In this document: positions 11,405 through 24,537 of the stretch, one piece after another
Layout of the letters: each line of letters starts with the position of its first letter
Numbering within the stretch: the stretch's first letter is position 1
Assembly: GCA_025786725.1 (NCBI GenBank)
Contig: JAHLTZ010000018.1
Coordinates: forward strand, 439,867-503,866
Length of the DNA stretch: 64,000 nucleotides
Reading direction: 5' to 3'
Source: Syncephalis fuscata S228
Taxonomy: Eukaryota > Fungi > Zoopagomycota
The notes under the pieces: generated by a model
Told to the model about the DNA's origin: nothing
Database searches by the model: none
The model's input: the letters and a program-made list of their open reading frames with translations, nothing else
Translations under genes and position numbers: made by a program

Positions 11405-12132
11405 AATAATGAATGATGAAAGTGGCGTATAAGTAATAGTAGTAGTAAGCGGGAATGAAGATTAATTTGACTATCCGCATGGCTTGTTAGAGAACAAGGA
11501 TATATGCGTGTGAGCAAGTGTATTTAAATTTGTACCATCCATCCAATCAGTGGACTGTGAACAAATAGACGTCATAAATTGCCCACACACACACACACAC
11601 AATTCACCAACCAACTACAATAGTATGCTCACTGCCGATGTTAAGGAATGAGTGTAATAGTAATAAATGTCATTTATTTACTATATAAACAGTATAACTG
11701 TATAAAGTTAATGGTAGTAGTGATAGAAGCAATAATATATTAATATATTGAATACAGCATCTTAGATGTAGTAGCAGTCAAGCACTATTTATTTCTTTTG
11801 CTTTCATCATCACAGTAAACTAATTGAATAAAATTGGTAAAATTTTTGTAAATACACGGAACAACTGTACAAGCATCAAGCAATTATATTGATCACCGAC
11901 AAGTAAACTGGACCGGAAATTGCATTGCGTGTTCAGCGTGGATACGCAATATCACGCGTAAATATATCACGTGCTATTACGCCAACTAATTAATTACAAT
12001 TACCTTATTTGGTAATAAAACCAAAAAAGGTCACATGACCTAATGACAAGCATTGTAGCTATAGCATTGTGCTTGCATCTCTTTTTCTTTTTTGCAATTA
12101 CTTTGTTTTCAGTAAAAGTTTATTTTAAAGGG

Positions 12133-13136
12133 ATGGTCTATCATGAAAAGCAAACGGGACTGCTGTGTGCCATGGTAAGCAATATAGCCATTAGTAGTAG
12201 TTGGCTAATAAAATAACTATGTTATAATAGCACGTTGTAAATAATTTAGCAAGTATTTAAAAGTGGTTGATTGTAGATTAACTAATGGTTCAACCACGTG
12301 TATCCAGCTACAGAAAGCAGTATTTAGCAAAAAAGATCTAGATGCGATAGCTGATGAATTGGGTGCTGTTTCTGCTTCATCGGCTCCGTCACAACTATCA
12401 CTATTACCATTAACGTGGCGACATCCACATCGCGGTATTTTGTAAGTAGCCAATGTCAATAATAAATATAATTAGTTTATATGATGTAAATATTAACAAC
12501 TAGCCAATATTTGCCTATTTAGTGGTGGCAACTATGATATTAATGTCTTAACGACAGCTTTAAATCGCCACCAGCTATCACTAAGCTGGTTCGATCAAAG
12601 AAAACGCAAGTATTTTAATAAGCACATCACTTAATGGGATAATTTATATATTAATATGTATAAACTATATATTACAGCATTGTCTTCTATTGATTTGACT
12701 TTTGTTAAAAGCGGTGATGACTGGACAGTCGATCAAACGGCTAGCACTAATATAACATTGCCGGCTACTTCTACCGCCTCTAATACGTCAGTACCACTGG
12801 CTGGATTTATTATCAACTTACCACCTACTTATCTATGGTCTGCACGGCATTGGTTTGCCATTCGACGTGTCTATGATCCAACACTTGACATAAATGGTTG
12901 GTGGAATCTTGATTCTCGTCTTGATACGCCCCTCTACATCGGTACAAATGATGATGTAAGTACAATAAGGCTAGTATTAATGAGAGCTCTAGCTTATTAA
13001 TTAATATTTTATTATTGCATAGTTACTTAATTACTTGGACACTTTATTAAATAGTCAAGACCACCAGTCTAGCTTTCGAATACCTATACTCAGTACCGAG
13101 AGCAATATACAACTGTTCTTGGTGCATGATTTGTAA
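12133..13136 (+). CDS. Josephin-domain deubiquitinase (JOSD1/2-like), 6 exons
   Basis: MVYHEKQTGLLCAM|HVVNNL|LQ..., HPHRGI..GNYDINVL..AL..WFD, RHWFAIRRV, WNLDS. The catalytic Cys/His/Asp are present. Confidence 0.92.
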
Positions 13137-14135
13137 ATCAGCCTGGCAAATGCTATGATAGCCAATCGTTTATTGCCCCGATGGCCGATCCTGAATTTAT
13201 AACCCAATCATTCATCTGATCATATTGATAATACCATTGAATAAGATTATACGTCCATCCACATAAAATATTACTATGATCCACTCATTCACTCACTCAC
13301 ACTGATACTCTGGCACTCACACTCATAGCAACTTATCCCCACCACACACACAAAATGGCTACCTCGTTCTCGTACTCTTTCCTTCTCTCTCTCTCTCTCT
13401 TTCTCTCGTACTCAATCGCCGGCATCTCTTCATTCAGCTCGTTTCTATCGTTATTCCCACTGATTAGTCGGCAATCTTTATTACTCTGTCCACTAAATCT
13501 CAACAATACACCTGCTTTTGTTGGTACATCTTGACGCTATTCCTCAATAGCCACTTTCTGTCTACGCAGTGATCGTGTAGCGGTCGGTACCGGTGATTCT
13601 AACTAATTAGCTGCAGCGATCTTACTGTATATGCACTACTGCTTTGCCATACATCGCTTATATACTTGTAGGAATCGTCCCTTTGTATACATTTGCGGAT
13701 CTATCGTCCCTGTTGCTGTTGAACTGAACTGATATATGTATAGTAATACATATAAATATATGTTTGCATGTACGCGATCAACCAATCTACCAGGCATTCC
13801 TATATTGACGTTCTCATCTTTTTACCAACTCGGCCTACTAGAAGCCACGCAAACACGATTCACAGCATAAGTTACGACCTGTCATCTACTTGAGTCTACT
13901 TCAGCGGTTGATCTGCGTGTTTGAAACACTCTACTTATCAGCCATTAGACATTTGTAGATAGAGCATAAGCGAAACTTGCATACAAAGGCGCCAACAATA
14001 CTGACAACAACGAATAACGTGGCCAGTATACCGCTGACGGCATTTGGTTCCAACCTATCCCCAGCGTAAGCTGAACGCGCTATACGCATTCGTATACACC
14101 CATACATATACCATACCTCTTGGTGTTTACCCGCC

Positions 14136-17100
14136 ATGTCTACCAAGGTAAGACGGCGGGGACAAGCCAGTCACCAGACATCAGACAACGAGGATGATCC
14201 CGCCAACTGGCCAGAGATGTCAAGGGGAGACGATCTTGCCATGGCTACTGGCCGTTTAAAACCAAACGACAGCGATAGCAACAATACAGAAAGCCGGCGT
14301 GCCCGTCCAGCAGAAATTGTACATCGAATTTTATTGACGATGGCGCCGACTCTCACAGTGCCGAAGATGAAGGAGTCATTCGCTGTATTTGTGGCTATGA
14401 CTTTGATGACGGATTTACTATCCAATGCGACGATTGTTTAGTATGGCAACACGGCATTTGTGTTGGTATAAGTGAAGATAATGTACCAAAAGAATATCTA
14501 TGCGAGCGATGTTCGCCACGATGGCTAGACGTTAAGGTAGGCATAAACAAATAATGACAGTAAAAAGATAGCTGGTGCAGCCTGTATATGTATAGATAGT
14601 AATATATTATAATATACACTGTATGCTAATTGCCACGCTATAAAGCATCGAATTACAATGAAAGATTATGTTAACAATGCTAATATACGTTTTTTATTAT
14701 GATTATGATTACTGTTTTGCATTAGGCTGCAAAAGAAAGACAGCGAAAAAGATATGAAAACTATCAACGGCGTCTACGCGAGCCACGTAAACGGAAAGAG
14801 CATTCTCGATCAAGTACTGCTTCAAATATTGCCACTGGTGGATCGACGACGGCAACAGCAGCAACAACAGTAGCTCGAACACGCATTGATGCCACGGTCA
14901 ATGATCAGTTACAATCGCGTGAAACAAGGCCTGGCATCCGTCGTCGTACATCATCGGCGGGTGTTCGCAGCACAAGTAACGGTCGATCGCGTATAGCAGC
15001 TAGTACAAATCTATCCGACTCCGACCATGGCAATACGGCCGACATTACTCCAATATCACCAAGTGTACGTGAGCACGAACTTGAATTCACCCCACTTGAA
15101 ACAAGCATTTATTCAGCCTGTGACGATATATGTCGCAAATTACTAAATGCTTGCAGTGAGTCGCCAGACTTTGATCCATCTGAGCCGTTATCGACCCAAT
15201 TTGAATTGAGCCAAACGGCACTCACCACACCACAGCATCCAGTATCTACGCGTCGTGGCATTTTTACCCGCACACGGGTCCATACAATAGTCCGGCGGAT
15301 TAAATCTAGTCGTGGCAATGCAGCTACGTCACGATATGCACTGTATGCGCGACAAGATCAGCCAAAAGGTCGACATGTATGCGAACTGGTCGGTGAAGTA
15401 TTTCCATCGAAAATATACATCGACGACCGTATGAATCAATATCAGCTACTTGGTACGGTAAAACAGCATGTACGACTTCATCCTGCTTCATTACTATGTG
15501 TTGATGCACGCCATGTTGGCAACGATGCACGTTTTTTCCGACGTAGTTGCCGGCCAAACTGCGTAGTACGTACAGTAGTCTTGGCAGATGTAGCCGACGG
15601 TGAAGATCCTACACTTGCTGTTCGTCTATGTGCATTTGCATCGCGTGACATTGCACGGGGCGAAGAATTAACACTAGGCTGGGAGTTTTCTCCAGGGCAT
15701 ATTTGCGGTGGCAAAGTACCAGATCCATCGGATGCCGAACGTGGCGAACCTGAAGCAAAACGAGAGGCCCGTGCCGCTGCATACGCCGCTTTACTTGCGC
15801 TAGCTGACTGTGCATGTGATAAACGGACTATATGCCGGTTTGAAAAAATGCGTCGATGGCTAGACGCATATCGTCGCGGTGCCAATGCAGCTGCCGCTGT
15901 AGCTGATCGAAAACAAGCAAAACTACGCCGAGAGGCCAAGAATAATAATAATTACACTAATGCAAGTAAAACGTCCCGTATGGCCATTGGTCTAATGGAC
16001 GATGGTAAGTTTATTGATTATTAATTAAATTCAAGCTAATTTATTACTATTTAGAAGCGGCAACAGTACGCATACAGCCAAGTCCTGCCGCTAATGGTAG
16101 CAATGCTAATGGTGCAGCGATTGGATTAGCCAATGATTTGTTATCACGCAACAATGTATCTGATGGTAAGCAATTAAAACTATTATTATTAAATAACTAA
16201 CGATTATGGAATAGCGTTTACTGATGATAAAAGTGAACGGTATCAAATTCGATCAAATTATGAGCCGTCCCAATCGGATGCACCAGCAACCAAGAGTAAA
16301 TCCTTGGCAACATCTAGTGGTTCAGAGTTTTTTAGTTTGAAAAAACTATGGCTTAGTGATTATAAATCACAGGCAGCGGCGGCTGCAGCAGCGGCAACTA
16401 CTGTCAGTATAGCAGCAGCAACAACGACCGACACTTCCATTTCCTCTGCTACACCATTGAGCAACTCAGTGGAAATGGCAACAGCAGTACTGCCAGAACC
16501 AGCCTCACCCGCAAATACCGAGTCATCAAAAGAAGAGCCATTGGATGTTAAACCAATTGATACTATGCCAACGTCACCAATCGATACATCAAAACAAGAT
16601 ATGACAGACTCATTACTTCCAGATTCAACAATGAAAACTATTGATAGAATTGTAGAAGAGGAAGGGGAGGAAGAAGAAGAGGAGGAAAAGGACGACGATG
16701 AAGAGAAAGAAAATACAGTTACTGGTGTTAAACGAGAGGCTGACAGTCAAACAGTTTCTAATGATACTGAATCGACAATGGTGCCAGATGCTAAACGAGT
16801 AAAGAAAGAAGACACGTCAGAACTTACACCACCAGTTAGTGATACGACAGCAGCTACATCTGATACTGAATTGCCAGCTTCTCCGGTTAAGGTACGACTT
16901 TCACTGCAAGATTACCGCCGTCTACATGGTATTAAATCGGCCACTGCACCATCAACAACACCTGCCATGACAGCTATTTCATCTGATCCATCGGTTACAT
17001 TGACTGAATCAACATCAATGCCCATTGAACCATCAGCAGATGTTTATACGGCAGATACAGCATCAAATGAAAATCGTATATTAGAAGATTCATCCAATAA

Positions 17101-19067
17101 GTCATACAATGAATCCAATAATATTACTAATGTGACGACAACTATGCCCATTGAACAAGCTGTCAAAGAAGTACCAACACCATTGCCAGTGACAACTACC
17201 ACTGAAGAGATGATACAAAACATTCCTACTGTGGCATCCACTGTAACATCTACAATAACACCTACAGTAGATGAATCAGGTCCTATTCAGCAATCTACGG
17301 TACATACAATGACCACTACAACATTATATGATAGTGATGGCAGTGCAATGGATATAGATGACTCACCCGATAGTGATAATGAAACTATATTACAAAGTAC
17401 ATTTCCTATTGAAGAAGCCAAAGTGTCACCTATATCTATGGATATAGTAGAAGACGTATCATCCAACTCTACTCCACCACCCACTCAGTCTACCCAGAGT
17501 GAACCACCTGCATCCAAATCACCAGCAAAAATTAAATTATCGTTACAAGAATACGCACGATTACGACAACAACAGAAGCAGCAACAAGAACAGCTTAAAG
17601 AAGGCAAGGAAGAGAATAAACACGAAGAGACCACATCACAGGTTGATCAATCTATGGCAGATACTGAATCAAGTAGTGCACCACACGCCATATCAACAGA
17701 ATCTACATCTCCATCGGTAATTGATACATTAAAAGAGTCTAATTCAACTGCGACATATAATCATTCAAAAACAACAACGGAAATGACACCATTTGCATCT
17801 GAATCATCTATTAGCAACAACAACAACAACAACAACAACAACACTTTAATAGAAGATGAAAAGAATGCATCGTCGTTTGATATGTCACCCTTGAAGCCAC
17901 AAAAGATGACATCATCGACCTTTATAGAATCACATAATGAATGGTTACCGCCTTCATCAAATCTAGATAAAGCACTTCCAGATACTAATGATGATTATAC
18001 TGAATCGTTTATTAAGCCGCCTAACCACCCATCCTCTGCCTTCTCTCCCACATCATCACCCTTCTCTCCTCCTCGCTCTTCTAATAACAATAACAGTAAC
18101 AATGACAGTAGTACAATCAGCAATACTGGCACTTATCATCGAGACGCTCATCGATCTACGTGGCCACAGTCTTCACCAGCAACAACAACAACAACCACAG
18201 GCAATGCTACGCATACTGATCATAATACGATGTATAGATTATCCCCACCTCCACATCCTCTCACGACTATTTATCAGAAGCCAATGGCTACAATTCCTCT
18301 GTAGATTATCAAGAACCTACATCGCGTTCAACACATCATAATGAACACGCGTCTTCAATGTCATCCTCTACAACAACGGGAACTGCAACGTCTAATCGTT
18401 ATTGGCCATCACATCGAGGATCTTATCGAGGACATGGCAATAATAACAACAATAACAATAATGGTGGTGGCGGTGGATATCATGATCGATATCGAATGGA
18501 ACGTACTCATTCTACAAATCGTGGTGGTGGTAATAATGGATCCTCATCTAATTACAATCCACGATGGTCTAATAATCAGCCACCACATCATCATTATAGT
18601 AATAATAATAATAATAGTAACAACCATCATTATGGTGGTGGTGGTGGTTATAGACCCTATTCACGAGACCGATATCATGGACGAGGTGGAGAAAATGGTG
18701 ACAACTTTTGCCACGCCATAATTACAGCAATAGCAGCAATAATCACCATCCTAACCATAATGGTAATAATGACCGATATCATCACGCCTCCTCTACTTCT
18801 CCACCTCATTATGGATTATCATCGGGACCGAGTAATAATGGTAACAATGGAAATAGTGGAGGTGGATATCCACATCATTTAAATTCATCGTCATCTTATC
18901 GATATCATCAGAATTATCATCATCATCAACAACAACAGCATCACCATAATCATAACCACCATCCTAACGACTATGGTAACGATATGCGTGGCTCATTAGG
19001 CTCATCATCATCAGCATCGGCCTATCGACGGTCTCGTTCCAATTCACCGTCATCTTCAAGACGTTAA
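14136..19067 (+). CDS. SET3: PHD finger + SET domain protein (Set3/Set4/MLL5/SETD5-like) with long disordered C-terminus; apparent frameshifts
   Basis: PHD: IRCICGYDFDDGFTIQCDDCLVWQHGICVG..YLCERC (~14370-14515). SET: DARHVGNDARFFRRSCRPNC..GEELTLGW; RRSC in place of NHSC is typical of Set3/MLL5. KxxLSLxxY motifs are also present. Confidence 0.85.
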
Positions 19068-19381
19068 TGTTTACTATTGATTGTTGTTGTTGTGCTTATT
19101 GTTACGATTACTTCACTTGCTCGTTCTATTTCGCTTTCATCTTTCCTAAAATATACATGCTTGTATTAGTAGTTTTTAAAACCAGCCTATCTATATATAT
19201 ACTTGTTCAATAAATCATTAACAATTAGTATATATGTATCGTTTATTAGTTTTACTCTATTTGTACGTTAATAGTATTTTAATTGTCAGGTATCTTATCA
19301 TTTTTATACATGAAATATTTGGTGTTGATTAATACACCTTAGCATTGCTACTATTTTTCATAATAAAATCTAAACTTTTAT

Positions 19382-20424
19382 TTAAGGACGATAAGGTGGT
19401 GGTGGTGAAGTTTGAGCATGGCTAGATGAGCTATGGGTATCATGGGCATCTTCAATACCCAAATATTGTCTAACTTGCAGTAGATTTTGTGAAAACACCT
19501 TTAAATCATTGGCATAATCTTGATTAGATTGCGGCTTACGAGGGCCTCCAAAGTATTTATGGGTTGGTTTTACATTATGAAATAAGATGGAAAGTACAAC
19601 TTGTGTTTTATCGTTGATGCAAATATCTAATACAGAGTTATAGAGTTAATTTAATAGCAAGATTTGGTTAATGACATACCAGTAGGATTTGGATAATAAA
19701 ACCATCTAATATTGAATAAATATTGCATTCCTAATTATAATGGCATAAGACTATTTGAGTTATAGATATTGTATAAACGTACCATCTTTGATTTTTGCAT
19801 AGATTTCATTTGCTCTTTCTTGTGCATCTTCGTTTGATAAAAGGTTAATTTGTGAACGAAACATAAAAAGGGTCTCGGCACACTTTGAAGTTGTAACAAA
19901 GCATTGCTTATTATTTTTCAACAAAATAACATCCTTGATTTCGGGGAGATAACGTTTGCCGTAAAATGCCATAGAGCTTTCTCCTATAGGGAATTGTCTA
20001 ATGCGCTGATGTATATTTAATAGTAAGCACAAATACAAATGGCGTAACACTATACTTATACCTCATAGATTTTAAGATTATTATTGGCTGTATTGTCATC
20101 CTCAATGCTACCACAAGCGATATCTACTTTTAATTTGCTGATAGTCCCTGTTGCATAGTACACACCATCGATTTCTTTAAATACACTAGTAATAGTAAGA
20201 CTATCTCGACCTAGTGCTTTATAAGTAACTGGTTTGATCTTTAAAAGATCTATCGAATATAAAATTGATTTAATGGTTTAGTATACGTGCGTGTAGTCAT
20301 AAGTGTTCATGATAACTACTATACCTTTTATGCCATACTTTGGCCCATCTCCAGCAGTGACCAGTGCCGGTAGCAAGCTACATATAGCGAGAACAACAAG
20401 TATATAATGGCTATTGCTGATCAT
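19382..20424 (-). CDS. Secreted protein with degenerate protein-kinase-like fold (pseudokinase), 5 exons
   Basis: Signal peptide MISNSHYILVVLAICSLLPALVTAG. Spliced product contains KQCFVTTSKCAETL..ANEIYAKIKDGMQYLFNIRWFYYPNPTDICINDK, resembling kinase beta5-alphaE-catalytic loop but without HRD/DFG. Confidence 0.6.
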
Positions 20425-20794
20425 ATTGATGGTGTATTCGTTAAAAGTGCGGAGATAGTAAAATAGTGTTAAAAGTAAAAAAATGTTATCAGTTATAAAC
20501 TGTTTTTTCCCACCTTGCTGTTGCCATTTTAAGAAGTAAATAGATTATATTGATATTACACACGTGGAATGAACTATTATGGCAAATTCTATAAGTATTT
20601 CCTTATTAGTATTCTTTTTAACTTTTTTCAAAAATATCTTTTTAATCTAAAACATAAACACGTTTTAGCAAACTAATTTAGTATTTATTTGTTAGCTTCA
20701 ATCATGCAAATAAATAGTAAAAAATGTATTGGTATAGTGTTTGTTACATTAATATAATTGCTATAAGCACCAAGCGTGTCTAGAGCTACCTAGT

Positions 20795-21773
20795 CTATTT
20801 GGCTGTATCAATATGAGAAATATGAAGATAATACTCGGTCTTTGGTCTATGTGATAACTTAACCATGCGACGCATATTCCGACAATGATTTACAATAATG
20901 GTCGAGGTTATTATCCTAGAATGGTATTAGCTAGTTGAATTACGTACCATTATTAATAACATACCAGTTTAGAACAAAATACAGCTGAGAATATACACCG
21001 CCTATTTCAAGCAATATTATTATAATACATAATATGTTGCAAAGCACCGCTAAAACCATGGTTTGGATTCCATCACGAGCTAATTGTTTCCATGCTTCGG
21101 AACCAAACATACAATACTGCTTGTAAGCAACATGGCTGAAAATAATGGAAAAAAAGAAATTGACCGGCATTTCTGTGCCAAACCAGTAATAAGGCAGGAA
21201 AGACGAATAATTGAATACACAGCCAAGTTTCGGGTCAATTGTGATGATTGATGTCGATAGTGCGCTATATATATAACCTAACTGGGGGGACATAAATCCT
21301 ATACCAACTACCAATACCCATCGTTTACGGCATAAAACAAAATAGGCTTTCTGGAGTACTATGAGATTGGTACAAGTAGCTGAAATCCAAAAACAGAAAT
21401 TTGCATACCAAAGAACCATACGACAATTTACACCAACAGAAGAAAACAGTAGTATTAAAACAAGCATAAATCCTACTCCCATTAAAGATGGGAGCATACA
21501 AACCCAACTGGATACAGAGCGAGGATTATCTGCGATGAGCTTAATGGCCCGGATCCAAGTCGTTATAAACAAAGAGCACATAAATATGTCAAGAACAAGC
21601 TGGCTATAGAATCCGATAAGCCGTGTGCGAACCTGGTTAATATCGGTTGTATCTTCCATAACATAGTTCATTATATCTAGTTCACCGAGTCGATGAAGTG
21701 GAATGCTTCCAAAATAGGTAGCATTACTCTTCCATCCAGATATAATATTAGGATTACTTTGTATAGCTGGCAT
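20795..21773 (-). CDS. Seven-transmembrane GPCR-like membrane protein, 2 exons
   Basis: Seven hydrophobic segments, the last completed after an intron at ~20916-20964 (FVLNW|IITSTIIV). Cys at the top of TM3 (NCR) and in ECL2 (GCV). Confidence 0.8.
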
Positions 21774-22408
21774 TGTAATAATAGTTCTAGACTATGTAAA
21801 TATACTAAACTGGACAAGGGAATAAATAGTATAACGAATGATGCGCAGCCGCAGTAGATTCACAAGAATTGGTGCTATTATAACTGTAAACCTGTTTCTT
21901 GCACAAGGCTAGTTCTTTGCCTACATTCAAAAGCCAGACTCATGTGAACGAACACTAACCGGTTTTTACTAGACTCTAAACGATTTGTCGGTATTATACT
22001 ATAAAAAATTAAATACTAATATTTTAAAGTATTTATATACTAAACTTTGCATAGTAAAATAGCAATATGATTATATAGAAATGTAGGCGTGTCTGTAATG
22101 CTTTGCTATGGACTAAGCTATTCCAAAAATAGTATAGCCACATTAAATAATGTATTTATTAAATTTATAAATTTTTATATTGAAATTATAATGCCTGTAA
22201 AGTTTGCCATTTCAATAAAACAGTTAGATTATCGTAAACCAAAGATATGCTGTACATAAACATAATATATATGTATATTATTACTACAACTCTGTAAATG
22301 CGCGCTATTTTATTAAATTAAACATTTATAAAGATAGCTTTTGGTTGAGCTATTACTATCACGTATAAATGATTATGGCTTTAAATTGAAATCATTCACA
22401 TTTATTTA

Positions 22409-22855
22409 TTAGTATGCCTTTCCAGCCGAGCTGATATCTAGTGGTTTATCAGTTGTGTACTTTTTGTCATTTCTGTCACAGCTATAGTACTCGACGCCAT
22501 TTTCCTTTTCGCAACTGTAAGCTGGAGCTGCGTCATCGTCAATGTATTTGCAGGTCTTGAAATAGTACTGATCACCCTTCTTTTCAAAATAGGAACCATC
22601 CGTACCATAGTAGTTTCCTTTGTAAAGGTTATAGGTAATAGGAGGAAGCTCTTCATTTTCGGTAGAGGCAGGCTCTTGGTAAGAGTTGGAAGGTGTATAT
22701 GAGGTAGAACTGGGCTTTTGGTAAGAGCTGGCAGGTGTATTTGTTTGATAATTGTTGTTGTTGTCGTTGTAATTGTACGGAGCAGCTTCGATGCTAATGG
22801 CACAGACAACTAGGACGATGGCGGCTTTGACGGCGCTGGATAGAGTGAACTTCAT
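22409..22855 (-). CDS. Secreted protein: family signal peptide + Ser/Thr/Tyr linker + module B only
   Basis: Start is MKFTLSSAVKAAIVL at 22855. C-terminal YGTDGSYFEKKGDQYYFKTCKY...CDRNDKKYTTDKPL; intronless. Confidence 0.9.
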   Translation of the reverse strand: MKFTLSSAVKAAIVLVVCAISIEAAPYNYNDNNNNYQTNTPASSYQKPSSTSYTPSNSYQEPASTENEELPPITYNLYKGNYYGTDGSYFEKKGDQYYFKTCKYIDDDAAPAYSCEKENGVEYYSCDRNDKKYTTDKPLDISSAGKAY

Positions 22856-23290
22856 TTTGATATTGACAATGCTATAGCTTTGGCTGTGCCTTAAAAATAT
22901 AATTGCAGATGCAAATACAGTGCTGATGAATGCTTGGGATGCTACAAGATGATTTGAAACAAGAATGCTGGTGCTTGGTGTAGAATTATTGTCAACCATT
23001 AGTTTATTGCGCCTTTTATAGCTCAATTTCATGAAATACATTTATGACAATTACAGCCAGCTAATTGCTAACACCTATAGATGGTCGTACAGCAAAGGAA
23101 TGAATAGGGATACCAAACGTGAAATACCATTGACAATACTGTGTAAGTGCAGTTCCAGCACTAAGAAGCTAACGCAATTGCTAGCGATAGTATCATTATT
23201 TGCATGTTGATTGATTGACCATAGATAAAATCAACAGTCGCTTCCAAATTGGACCTTCTACTTCATATTTTGCAAAGGCTTGCATCGTGT
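22856..23290 (-). promoter_or_regulatory. Family 5'UTR/promoter cassette, copy 4
   Basis: GATATTGACAAT...AAACAAGAATGCTG...GGTGTAGAA.TATTGTC...CTTTTATAG (23013-23021)...GTCGTACAGCAAAGGAAT (~23084-23101), matching copies 1-3. Confidence 0.8.
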
Positions 23291-23792
23291 AAAAACCGAC
23301 TATTTACGTCATATCCAATTCTACGGGACACTAATCCTCTATTATTGGCACTCTTTAGTTTCACGAAATAATAAACGGGGAGATCTGGGGTGCATATCAA
23401 TCGCATTACATAGTAAGGTGATGCTTACTGCCATGACAGCCACTAATAAGGCCTTTCATATATCGGTAAATCATTTTTGCGCCAATTACTATTCTCTAGA
23501 TTTGTTTGATCCTTACTTGTACCACTTGGGATAAATTTGGTTGTCAAGCCTTTGGAGATTTGTGTATCGTTATTTTTTAAAGTGAAAATCGCAAAAATGA
23601 TACCATCAACAAACAGTTTATGAATTACCACTGCTGCCTGTCTTTAGTTTTCTTACTGCTTTATTTTCTTTTATTCGTTTTATTCGAAATTAACGATTAT
23701 GCGATAATGCCGACTACAGCAATATAAATATTACATACATCTTGCAAAAACATATACACGCATAGCAATGATAGTGACACCAATAAAAAGAC

Positions 23793-23856
23793 TTTTAGGC
23801 GTTCTAGACGTTTTAAACATTCTAGACATTCTAGACGTTCTAGACGTTCTAGACAT
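23793..23856. repeat. 9-bp minisatellite (TTCTAGAC[G/A]) x ~7
   Basis: Read directly: ttttaggcg ttctagacg ttttaaaca ttctagaca ttctagacg ttctagacg ttctagaca. Confidence 0.85.
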
Positions 23857-24331
23857 TTCTGTTTTCAGCTAATGCCACGGGTAGCCGATTTAATAAAATT
23901 AATTTATAAAAATAGATTTTGATACATTTGGTTAGTTATTTTAAATCAATAAAAGTACGGTTGTGGTTTACTATCTTTTATTTCAATCAATTGTATATTA
24001 TGTGTGTGTGTCTGCATACCACATATAAAGATGCTAGAAGAAGCAAAAGTGCTTTTTTAGTACATCGTATATACAACATTGCATTATGCAATGCATCATT
24101 TATAATCATTTGCTTTTGATGCATGCTGTAACAATCTATTTATTGACGTAATATTACGCTCTTGTGGTTTTATTGTACTTTGACTTCCACATTTTGAGTT
24201 TCAAAGTAAAATTCGTTTCAATTCAAGTCAATTGTAACAAAATGGCCGTAGGATGGCCACTGTTACTACTGTTATGCATGACAAAACACAAGTAGTGTTT
24301 TTATTTGATTACTTGAAATTCACGAGGCCGG

Positions 24332-24537
24332 TTATTGTTGTTGTTGACCATGTGTAGAAAGATTGATAGAATATTAATAAAAGCCATTGATCGCGATTCC
24401 ATGCCAGTTCGCAGTTGTTATTGTTGTTACTACGTACAGTGTGGTTTCCTTGCGTCCGAATGGTCTCTTCTATTTTCCAATATTCTACTGTTGCATTTTG
24501 GACATATCTGCGATGTAAAATACTCGTCTATGGTGAC
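24332..24537. repeat. Dispersed repeat homologous to 6863-7045
   Basis: See 6863-7045. Both copies lie about 1-1.7 kb upstream of a family gene, in the same orientation. Confidence 0.85.

Noticed and set aside
14171-17720. Numerous antisense or alternate-frame ORFs overlapping the Set3-like gene (and similarly BRR2, Pex30-like and the 47.5-51.7 kb gene)
   Set aside because: Shadow ORFs of real coding or low-complexity sequence with no independent motifs.
23793-23856. Short regular repeats as a CRISPR-like array
   Set aside because: 9-bp units with no spacers, in a eukaryotic context and with no cas genes.
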